20,000 nt of DNA from an uncultured virus (IMG/VR IMGVR_UViG_3300035670_000155). Lineage: Duplodnaviria > Heunggongvirae > Uroviricota > Caudoviricetes. Of the stretch, positions 1-6,031 are shown piece after piece (within the stretch, counting starts at the first letter, position 1; each line of letters opens with the position of its first letter). Below the pieces are notes generated by a model, which ran no database searches, was not told the DNA's origin, and saw only the letters and a program-made list of their open reading frames with translations. The position numbers and the translations under genes are program-made. Location of the stretch: IMG/VR virus record IMGVR_UViG_3300035670_000155. The stretch is one strand, 5' to 3'.

Positions 1-526
1 GATGAGCCTTTTCGTTTGCAGCAATCAATAAATTTTGGAAACGATGGTCAGTGGAGAGAAAAAATTCCCGAACGTTCCATCTGGCAGGAAAAATGTCGAA
101 ACGAAGTTTAACGATAGTATCGTGCTCAATATTATTTTCCTTTTCCCATTGAAGCATTGCTTCGTAGCTGCGCTGCATTGAATAGAGTTGCATGCCAATG
201 TGCTTCTTCGCTGCTTGCTTGTCCAAGAGAAATGCTCTTTCGGGAAGCTGTAAAAAGGCCTCTTGCTCTTCTTCGTCCTCAAAGAAATAATTGCGAAACG
301 GCAATGCCGCTATCATGCCCTCTTTGTCTTCTAACGGGCTTTTCACATAGGAGCCTTCAATGCGTCGATTGCCCTTCATCTCAGCATGACAATCAACAGT
401 CCATGAATGGAAGAAGCAATTAACAACAGCTCCTCCGTCTTCCAGCTCTTTTATCATTTCTCTCCATCGTCCCACATGCTTAAAGAAAGAACGCCTATGA
501 CCAGAGAAGAGAAGAGCGATGTACAC
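1..526 (-). CDS. Putative glycosyltransferase-like protein, partial (runs off the left edge; absent from the ORF track)
   Basis: Manual translation from GTG at 526 is open to position 1: MYIALLFSGHRR...VNCFFHSW...MQLYSMQRSYEAMLQWEKENNIEHDTIVKLRFD. This matches the IALxxSGxxR / FxHxW / QxYS / DxVxxxRFD pattern of GT-like proteins in viral glycosylation islands. A -10 box (TAGACT, minus strand) lies at 555-560. Confidence 0.7.
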   Translation of the reverse strand, partial: MYIALLFSGHRRSFFKHVGRWREMIKELEDGGAVVNCFFHSWTVDCHAEMKGNRRIEGSYVKSPLEDKEGMIAALPFRNYFFEDEEEQEAFLQLPERAFLLDKQAAKKHIGMQLYSMQRSYEAMLQWEKENNIEHDTIVKLRFDIFPARWNVREFFLSTDHRFQNLLIAANEKAH

Positions 527-552
527 GGCCAAAAATGAAAATTTTCTTTTGC

Positions 553-594
553 GTAGTCTATTTTACCGTTTGTATTTTATTTTTCTAGTAGCCT
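553..594 (+). promoter_or_regulatory. NtcA-activated-type promoter, GTA-N8-TAC-N22-TAN3T
   Basis: GTA(553-555)-GTCTATTT-TAC(564-566), then exactly 22 nt, then TAGCCT (589-594), in an AT-rich divergent intergenic region upstream of ATG 617. Confidence 0.55.
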
Positions 595-616
595 AAGAAA
601 TCATAGCCATCAAGCC

Positions 617-805
617 ATGTTTGATGATTTGCCAATGCCTTTTATGGTGGGCAGCATTAAGGTGTGGCCAGCTCATAGCCGGCCTGGCTTTAGCTGGTTC
701 ATTGCTCACGAAGGACGGCCCTATTATTTTCGCTCTCGCAACGAGGCTGTGCTGTTTGCAAAGGATGCTCAAAGCGGAAGTGATTCTGAAGGCTTGTGTG
801 ATTGA
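617..805 (+). CDS. Hypothetical protein (62 aa)
   Basis: ATG ORF with protein-like composition that fills the gap between the promoter at 589-594 and nrdA. Confidence 0.7.
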   Translation: MFDDLPMPFMVGSIKVWPAHSRPGFSWFIAHEGRPYYFRSRNEAVLFAKDAQSGSDSEGLCD

Positions 806-849
806 CTGAGGGCAAAGGTTTTTGCGCTAGTCTGCTTTGGTTGGTCGTT

Positions 850-869
850 GGCCCGCTAGGCGGGCTTTT
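850..869 (+). terminator. GC-rich hairpin plus U-tract upstream of nrdA
   Basis: GGCCCGC-TAG-GCGGGCT followed by TTT. Confidence 0.5.
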
Positions 870-877
870 GTTGTCTT

Positions 878-2326
878 ATGAAGCTCAAGGAACAGGCGAA
901 GTGTGAAAAGATTGCTCGCACCGGTCGTGTGCAAAGCTGGCTTGACGAAGCAGACGGAAGACTGCCCGTAAGCTGCACGGTCTTCGTCGTGGATGATTCA
1001 ATGGAGGGGGAAAATGGCATTGAAGCATCGTGGCGTTTTGTTTCTCATGGCCTGCGCAATGGTGCAGGCGTAGCAGTGCATTTGTCTGAGCTGCGTGGCA
1101 AAGGCGATGAAAATGGAAAAGGCCTTGTTGCAAGTGGTCCCATTAGCTTCGGCAAAATTTATTCCACGCTCAATGAAATTCTTCGCAGAGGCGGACGCTA
1201 TAAAAATGGGGCCGTAGTGCTTCATCTTGACTATTCGCATCCTGACATTCTTGATTTCATCAAAGCTTCTCGTCAAGAGCTTCCATGGGTGAAGAGGTGT
1301 GTGAATGTGGATGAACAGTTTATTGAGAACTCTTCTCAAGAGCTTATTGATGAGCTGCTAAAAGGCATTGCTTCTGGCGACATCTGGCTTAACAAAATTC
1401 GGTACGATCAAGAAGGAAAGCGCATCCGTGCCAATGTCTGCCTTGAAGTTTATCTTCCTCACCGTGGCACTTGCCTTCTTCAGCACGTCAACATGGGTGC
1501 TTGCGACATCGACGAAGTAGAAGCGGCTTTTGTCGAGGGCATGGAGCAATTGTGCGAGCTTCATGGCGGCACGGGCGTTGGCGATACGGGCGAATATCTC
1601 CCTCCTTCTGTTGACAAGCAAGTGGGCCTTGGCATGCTTGGTCTTGCCAACTTCCTTTCCCTCCATGGCATTTCTTACGAAGACTTCGGGAAGGCCCTGG
1701 AAGCCCTGAACGATGATGACCCCCATCCATGGTGCCACTATTGGGGCGAGAAGCCTGCTGGCAGGGCTGCAGCAGCCATTCGTAATGGCATTGAGGCAGC
1801 GGCAAAGATTGCTCGTGAAGCTGGCATGCATCGTGCTTTCTGCATTGCTCCCACAGCATCTTGCTCTTATCGCTATATCGATAAGAAAGGCTTTACAACT
1901 GCCCCTGAAATTGCCCCTCCCATTGGACGGCTTGTTGATAGGGACTCTGGCACTTTTGGCGTGGAAAGTTTTGACTATGGGGAAGTGGAAATTGCGGAAC
2001 AAGTTGGCTGGAGCACTTACGTTCTTGTCGTGAATGAACTCGTGCGTTTGTATCAAGCCACTGGCCTTTTTCACGGTTACTCCATGAACACATGGGGAGA
2101 TCTGGTTACTTACGATCGAGAGTTCCTTCAAGATTGGCTAGACTCTCCTCAGACAAGCATGTACTATTCCTTGCAAGTCATGTCTGACATGCAAAGAAAG
2201 GACGATGCTTACGCCGCTCTTGATGACGACTTCAAGAGCATATTTGGACTCGAAGATAGCGAGCCTTCTGGAGAGGTTGTTACTTGCAGTTTGGATGCAG
2301 GCTTCTGCTCTAGCTGCGCTGAATAA
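878..2326 (+). CDS. nrdA: Ribonucleotide reductase alpha subunit, compact cyanophage-type class I, no ATP cone
   Basis: SCTVF (catalytic Cys), ANVCLEV (N-x-C-x-E), TCLLQHVN, IAPTASCS, YYSLQ tyrosine pair and C-terminal CSSCAE. 482 aa, followed by a ferritin-like beta subunit. Confidence 0.95.
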   Translation: MKLKEQAKCEKIARTGRVQSWLDEADGRLPVSCTVFVVDDSMEGENGIEASWRFVSHGLRNGAGVAVHLSELRGKGDENGKGLVASGPISFGKIYSTLNEILRRGGRYKNGAVVLHLDYSHPDILDFIKASRQELPWVKRCVNVDEQFIENSSQELIDELLKGIASGDIWLNKIRYDQEGKRIRANVCLEVYLPHRGTCLLQHVNMGACDIDEVEAAFVEGMEQLCELHGGTGVGDTGEYLPPSVDKQVGLGMLGLANFLSLHGISYEDFGKALEALNDDDPHPWCHYWGEKPAGRAAAAIRNGIEAAAKIAREAGMHRAFCIAPTASCSYRYIDKKGFTTAPEIAPPIGRLVDRDSGTFGVESFDYGEVEIAEQVGWSTYVLVVNELVRLYQATGLFHGYSMNTWGDLVTYDREFLQDWLDSPQTSMYYSLQVMSDMQRKDDAYAALDDDFKSIFGLEDSEPSGEVVTCSLDAGFCSSCAE

Positions 2327-2348
2327 TTCTCTCTCCATAGTTCTTTAC

Positions 2349-2373
2349 AAAGGGGGAGTTTCTTCCCCTTTTT
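2349..2373 (+). terminator. Hairpin with A-tract and U-tract between nrdA and nrdB
   Basis: AAAGGGGGAG-TTT-CTTCCCCTTTTT. Confidence 0.55.
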
Positions 2374-2399
2374 CATTCTTTTCCATCGCTTTCCTAAAT

Positions 2400-3134
2400 A
2401 TGATCGCCTCCCAGCAGAGTCCCTATTTGAATGTCCTTGCCAAAAAGCGTGCATGGACGCCTGTGCAAGTGGCAAAAGGACAGGTGACAGAGGGCGCTGA
2501 AAGCACTTTGCTTAAGGCTTTGGCATTGCGCCACCTTGAAATTCCCGTAAAGGAGCTTCTCGAGGAGGGTATGAAACGCGAACTACCCTCCACCCCTGGC
2601 CTTATTGAGACTCTTCGCTCTAACCAGGACGATGAGGACCGCCACTTGGAGGCTTTGAACTACGTGGCCGACGCCCACGGTACTGACGCAAAGTCAGAGC
2701 GTGAAGTGATGAGCATTTTGAAAGCTTGGAACGAGCACCCTGCTCATCCCATTCTCAAGGCAGGCATTATGGAACGCTCTGTTTTTTTCGTGGCGCTTCC
2801 GTTTTTCAGACAGACGGGTGACGTGGGCATGCGCACTGTCTCGCAAGATATTTCGAGAGATGAAAGGGTTCATACCGTGGTCAATGCCATGGTGAGCAAG
2901 GAACTAGGGGAAAAGGAAAGCCAAAGTCTTGACAAACTTCGCGCCGCCACTGTTGCTTGGCTTTTTGATGATCTCGGCGCCTCGTCCAATCAATGGCTGA
3001 ACAAAGATTTTTGGCTGCGTCAATCTCGCTCTTTATTTTGGACTGGCAAGGCTCCCGAAATGGCCGCAACTCGCAGCAGCCGATGCCCTGCTTTTTTCGA
3101 AAGCCCCAACACTTCACTGCCTATGTATTCTTAG
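2400..3134 (+). CDS. nrdB: Ribonucleotide reductase beta subunit (short ferritin-like), likely start ATG 2400
   Basis: Di-metal ligands in RHLE, DEDRH, IMERS and RDERVH. Adjacent to nrdA. The ORF-track extension to 2205 overlaps nrdA and the hairpin. Confidence 0.9.
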   Translation: MIASQQSPYLNVLAKKRAWTPVQVAKGQVTEGAESTLLKALALRHLEIPVKELLEEGMKRELPSTPGLIETLRSNQDDEDRHLEALNYVADAHGTDAKSEREVMSILKAWNEHPAHPILKAGIMERSVFFVALPFFRQTGDVGMRTVSQDISRDERVHTVVNAMVSKELGEKESQSLDKLRAATVAWLFDDLGASSNQWLNKDFWLRQSRSLFWTGKAPEMAATRSSRCPAFFESPNTSLPMYS

Positions 3135-3163
3135 AGACCACTTGCAATCTTCCAGCTTATCCA

Positions 3164-3199
3164 TGCTAAACTGGCGGGGTTCTTGTTCTCCGCCTTTTT
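3164..3199 (+). promoter_or_regulatory. Extended -10 promoter abutting a terminator-like hairpin
   Basis: TG-C-TAAACT (3164-3172), then GGCGGGG-N8-CTCCGCC-TTTTT (3173-3199), then ATG 3201. Confidence 0.55.
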
Positions 3200-3200
3200 C

Positions 3201-3893
3201 ATGGAAGAAATTTGGAAACCCATTCCTGGTTACGAAACCCATTACGCAGCTTCAAGTCTTGGACGTATCAAAAGTGTTCAACGCGTTGTCAAGGATACTA
3301 AGAACGGCAAAGAGCGCACTCGCGTGTTCAAAGAGAAAATCCTTCGGTTTAATATCAGCAAGAGCCATGGGCGAATGTCTGTGATGCTGTCTAAAAATGG
3401 AGAACTGAAAAGAATTCTTGTGGATCGCCTTGTGTGCCTTGCTTTCCATGGACTTCCTCCAGAAGGGAAGGAAAACGTTTTGCACTACGACGACGTTCAC
3501 ACCAACAATGTGCCAGAAAACCTTAGATGGGGCAGTCTCAAGGAAAATGCCGCCGACATGAAACGTAATCTTGGGTATTGGCCCGCGTACATTGACGGCA
3601 GATCCAAGCGTCCACGCAAAAAAATTGGCGACCCACTGCTCAACGAAGCCCAGGTCAGGGTGTTGTTGCGACTTCCCAAAGACATGCGGCATTTGCGTGG
3701 CTTGCGCACTCAATTGGCTGAAGCATGGGGCGTAAAGCCTTCTACTATCAGCAGTGCTAAATACGGGGGCAAAGGATGGGATGAATTGACCACGGAGCCG
3801 CTTTGGGACATGGCGGAGCGCCTCAATGGCGAACTCCTTGGGCGTGACAAGCCCAAGCGCAACACTAGCCTGCCTTCTTACGGCCGCGCCTAG
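3201..3893 (+). CDS. Free-standing NUMOD4-HNH homing endonuclease
   Basis: EIWKPIPGYE..Y..SSLGRIKS (NUMOD4); RLVCLAF...VLHYDD...NN..ENLRWG..KEN (HNH); C-terminal HTH-like LAEAWGVKPSTIS. Confidence 0.9.
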   Translation: MEEIWKPIPGYETHYAASSLGRIKSVQRVVKDTKNGKERTRVFKEKILRFNISKSHGRMSVMLSKNGELKRILVDRLVCLAFHGLPPEGKENVLHYDDVHTNNVPENLRWGSLKENAADMKRNLGYWPAYIDGRSKRPRKKIGDPLLNEAQVRVLLRLPKDMRHLRGLRTQLAEAWGVKPSTISSAKYGGKGWDELTTEPLWDMAERLNGELLGRDKPKRNTSLPSYGRA

Positions 3894-3947
3894 TGCTATA
3901 GTTACTTGACGGTCTGAACTTGGCACTTGCCTTGGGAGGACCGTTCT

Positions 3948-4016
3948 TGCTCTTTAGTGTTGGATACACGTTGGGCCGATAGCCCAGAATGCCGGGTTCG
4001 ATTCCTGGAGGAGCCC
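3948..4016 (+). tRNA. Non-canonical tRNA-Ile(GAT)-like gene
   Basis: Acceptor GCTCTT/AGGAGC, T8A9, D arm GTGT-TGGAT-ACAC, anticodon arm TTGGG-CCGATAG-CCCAG, T arm CCGGG-TTCGATT-CCTGG. Deviations: T1:C72 mismatch, C33, 5-nt D loop, no CCA. Extended -10 TG-C-TATAGT at 3894-3902 and a U-tract downstream. Confidence 0.7.
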
Positions 4017-4055
4017 TTTTTCTTTTGCTACACTAAAAGCCCCGCTTTTTCTGCA

Positions 4056-4256
4056 TTGGCTCGATTTCGCATCAGGCAGCGACCCTCTTGTGTTCGTCCG
4101 TGGGAACCAGTCTTTGACGTGGAAGAGCGCGTGTTGTGGTGGTGGGAGAGCCGTGGCACATCCTTTTTGAGGTTTGACGCCGCCTTGAAGCACCTAGAAG
4201 ATCTTGATAGTGCGCCTCCAAACGTAGAACGTAAGGTTGTTTACGAAAAGCATTGA
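4056..4256 (+). CDS. Hypothetical protein (about 66 aa, TTG start)
   Basis: 3' part of track ORF 3927..4256 (ARFRIRQRPS...VLWWWESRG). Preceded by TG-C-TACACT (4026-4034). Its stop abuts the next gene. Confidence 0.6.
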   Translation: MARFRIRQRPSCVRPWEPVFDVEERVLWWWESRGTSFLRFDAALKHLEDLDSAPPNVERKVVYEKH

Positions 4257-4261
4257 TCATC

Positions 4262-4822
4262 ATGAGCGCCTTTGTCACATCAGACTTGCATCTTGGCCAT
4301 TCCAAGATCCTGGAATTTGACGCGCCAGATGGATCCCGAATGCGCCCATTTTCTTCCATCGAAGAGATGCACGAACAAATTCAAGAACGTTGGAATAAAA
4401 AAGTTCATCAGAAGGATAATGTGTATGTGCTTGGCGATGTAGCGTTTTCCAAGACTGCCCTAAGGTTTTTGGAGGGCTTCAATGGGAGGAAAGTGCTAAT
4501 TGCTGGCAATCATGATCGTCTTCCCGCCAAGCTCTATCTTCAATATTTTGACGATATTCGCGGAGCTTATTTCCACCATGGGGATAGCACCATGCTTGGA
4601 GGTTTAGTCTTCACGCACATTCCCATCCACCCCAAAGGACTCGTCGGACACTATCGAGGCAATGTTCACGGCCATCTCCATTGCCATCTTGTACACACAG
4701 AAGATGGGCAAGTGGATAGGCGCTATTTCAACGCATGCTTGGAGAGAAATAACTTTGAGCCAGTAGCATTAGAAGATATTAAGGCTTATTTCAAAGCCAA
4801 TGGACGAACGTCGGACGTTTAA
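4262..4822 (+). CDS. Calcineurin-like metallophosphoesterase
   Basis: SDLHLGH, LGDVA, GNHD, THIP and HGHLH motifs. Confidence 0.92.
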   Translation: MSAFVTSDLHLGHSKILEFDAPDGSRMRPFSSIEEMHEQIQERWNKKVHQKDNVYVLGDVAFSKTALRFLEGFNGRKVLIAGNHDRLPAKLYLQYFDDIRGAYFHHGDSTMLGGLVFTHIPIHPKGLVGHYRGNVHGHLHCHLVHTEDGQVDRRYFNACLERNNFEPVALEDIKAYFKANGRTSDV

Positions 4823-5000
4823 CACGCCAGTTCGCTCGCGCTGGAACGCGCCCATTCATAATTGCCTGAAAGCCATTGACAACCACATGGAGCTTTACTT
4901 CCTCCATCGTGATCCTTGGCACCTTGAAAAAGCAGCAGCGCTTAGGGCATATTTGCGCGAATTAAAAACGTACATTCACAAGCAAGAGGAAAATAGTTAA
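4800..5000 (+). CDS. Conserved cyanophage-type hypothetical protein
   Basis: NTPVR..WNAPIHN.LKAIDNH...YF...D.WHLEKA..LR.Y pattern recalled from cyanophage hypothetical proteins. Overlaps the upstream stop. Confidence 0.75.
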   Translation: MDERRTFNTPVRSRWNAPIHNCLKAIDNHMELYFLHRDPWHLEKAAALRAYLRELKTYIHKQEENS

Positions 5001-5027
5001 CAATTTCTTAATCCATAAAGTAAGCGG

Positions 5028-5061
5028 TGTAACAATTGCTACAAAGCTTGCGAGATAGCTT
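5028..5061 (+). promoter_or_regulatory. NtcA box in repressing position over the promoter of the DUF4278-like gene
   Basis: TGTA-ACAATTGC-TACA (5028-5043) fits the extended consensus. The -10 TAGCTT (5056-5061) lies only 13 nt after TAC. Confidence 0.65.
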
Positions 5062-5083
5062 GAATGAAAGCGCATGGCCTTCC

Positions 5084-5242
5084 ATGACTCGCCTTGTCTA
5101 TCGTGGTCTTCCTTATTTCATGGAAGAGGAGCACGAAGCCTTTTCTGCATGGTGGCAACTTCTTCATCTGCCTTCTCGCTGGCTTGTCTATCGCGGACAA
5201 AAATACCGCCCCTGTCAAGTTGACAAAGGCGGCTGGATGTAG
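5084..5242 (+). CDS. DUF4278-like small protein with two LVYRGxxY motifs (52 aa)
   Basis: MTRLVYRGLPY...WLVYRGQKYRPC. LxYRGxxY is the hallmark of cyanobacterial DUF4278. Start ATG 5084. Confidence 0.75.
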   Translation: MTRLVYRGLPYFMEEEHEAFSAWWQLLHLPSRWLVYRGQKYRPCQVDKGGWM

Positions 5243-5245
5243 CCT

Positions 5246-5347
5246 TCAGGCCACACAAGGGCGGTAGCCGTAGACTGAAGCCAACTGCGCCTGATGAAGC
5301 CTTGCGGCCTTCAGGAGCTGCAGCTTCACAAGCATGAGCTTGTTCAC
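5246..5347 (-). CDS. 33-aa riboswitch-controlled peptide (not in ORF track)
   Basis: GGAGG-N7-GTG; MNKLMLVKLQLLKAARLHQAQLASVYGYRPCVA*. Resembles cyanophage peptides of the MNxLxxIKxQxxKAxxLHxAQ type. Confidence 0.75.
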   Translation of the reverse strand: MNKLMLVKLQLLKAARLHQAQLASVYGYRPCVA

Positions 5348-5366
5348 GACCGTTCCTCCATGGTCC

Positions 5367-5416
5367 CCATCCCCCGTTTCCTGGATGGCTTGCATGCACC
5401 CTTTGCAGGGCAAACG
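5367..5416 (-). ncRNA. Glutamine-II (Downstream-peptide)-like riboswitch
   Basis: Minus strand CGTTT-G-CCCT-GCAA-AGGG-TGCA-TGCAAG-CCATCC-AG-G-AAACG-GG-GGATGG gives P1 CGTTT/AAACG, P2 CCCT/AGGG and pseudoknot CCATCC/GGATGG. It begins just after the extended -10 TG-A-TACACT (5424-5432) and lies directly upstream of a peptide ORF. Confidence 0.7.
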
Positions 5417-5437
5417 TATCTTCAGTGTATCAAACCA

Positions 5438-5650
5438 TGCCTCACGCTGGAATCAAACCAGCTTTCATCATCAGAAGAGGCGAGAGGCAGAATGTTTCCG
5501 CATCAGGAAACAAACAGGGTGCGGCCCTGACATTCTGCCAAGTGTCCCAAGTGCTTCAACTCACTTAAGACGGTGAACGGAATCCACGATGGTGCCAGCA
5601 TTGACGAGGATACTGGCAAGCCGTTGGCCAACGGGCTCCTGCAGGAAGCT
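5438..5650 (-). ncRNA. Candidate structured non-coding RNA
   Basis: Stretch with no convincing ORF, carrying serial hairpins and two three-way junctions. G-U pairs favour the minus strand. Extended -10 TG-T-TAAGCT at 5656-5664. Confidence 0.5.
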
Positions 5651-5658
5651 TTGCAAGC

Positions 5659-5787
5659 TTAACAGAGAAAGCTCCAGTAGACGGCGGCTCCCTCTAGGAA
5701 CAAACGCTTATTGGTGAAGCGAGCTTCGCGAAACGGCACTCTAATTTCATGCCTTTGCCCATGGAGGCTATAGCACAAACAAACCAT
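5659..5787 (-). CDS. Hypothetical protein (42 aa, not in ORF track)
   Basis: MVCLCYSLHGQRHEIRVPFREARFTNKRLFLEGAAVYWSFLC*; the ATG lies 3 nt after the stop of the upstream gene. Confidence 0.6.
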   Translation of the reverse strand: MVCLCYSLHGQRHEIRVPFREARFTNKRLFLEGAAVYWSFLC

Positions 5788-5790
5788 TTC

Positions 5791-6006
5791 TCAAACGTCG
5801 TATTCTTTACACCCTTGATGGCCAAAGCGATTTTCGCAGGCATCGTTCCAATGCTCGCGATAATCGTCCATAAAATGCTCAAACGCAGCCTTTGCAAGGC
5901 GCAGCTCTTCGCTCATAGGGCCGAAGCTCTTGCCAGCTTCTTCTACGGCTTCTGCAGCCTTCATGGCCCAGGCAAGGGCTTCTTCTGCAGTGAAGGACGA
6001 GGCCAT
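5791..6006 (-). CDS. Divergent CP12-like small acidic protein (71 aa)
   Basis: C-terminus C-x8-C-KEYDV matches the CP12 C-x8-C-xxYD/E tail. Size and helical acidic N-terminus are similar. No AWDxVEE motif. -10 TAGACT at 6029-6034. Confidence 0.5.
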   Translation of the reverse strand: MASSFTAEEALAWAMKAAEAVEEAGKSFGPMSEELRLAKAAFEHFMDDYREHWNDACENRFGHQGCKEYDV

Positions 6007-6031
6007 GGCAAGGAAGGGGAATGTGTTTAGT

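Noticed and set aside
25..423. Track ORFs 25..282 (-) and 157..423 (+)
   Set aside because: Alternative frames of the better-supported minus-strand GT-like gene 1..526.
878..2326. Class II (NrdJ) assignment, or an intron/intein in the RNR genes
   Set aside because: The adjacent ferritin-like beta subunit indicates class I. Both ORFs are continuous and compact.
2205..2399. N-terminal extension of nrdB in the ORF track
   Set aside because: Overlaps the nrdA 3' end and an intergenic hairpin; ATG 2400 gives the expected size.
3927..4055. 5' part of track ORF 3927..4256
   Set aside because: Overlaps the tRNA-like gene and a downstream promoter; only the part from TTG 4056 looks coding.
5460..5510. 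Hammerhead ribozyme, suggested by CTGATGA...GAAA on the minus strand
   Set aside because: No stem II between CTGATGA and GAAA, and the other copy reads CTGATGC. The core geometry does not fit.
5118..5576. Track ORFs 5118..5399, 5294..5530 and 5334..5576
   Set aside because: They run across the riboswitch, the peptide and the structured region and lack RBS or motifs.
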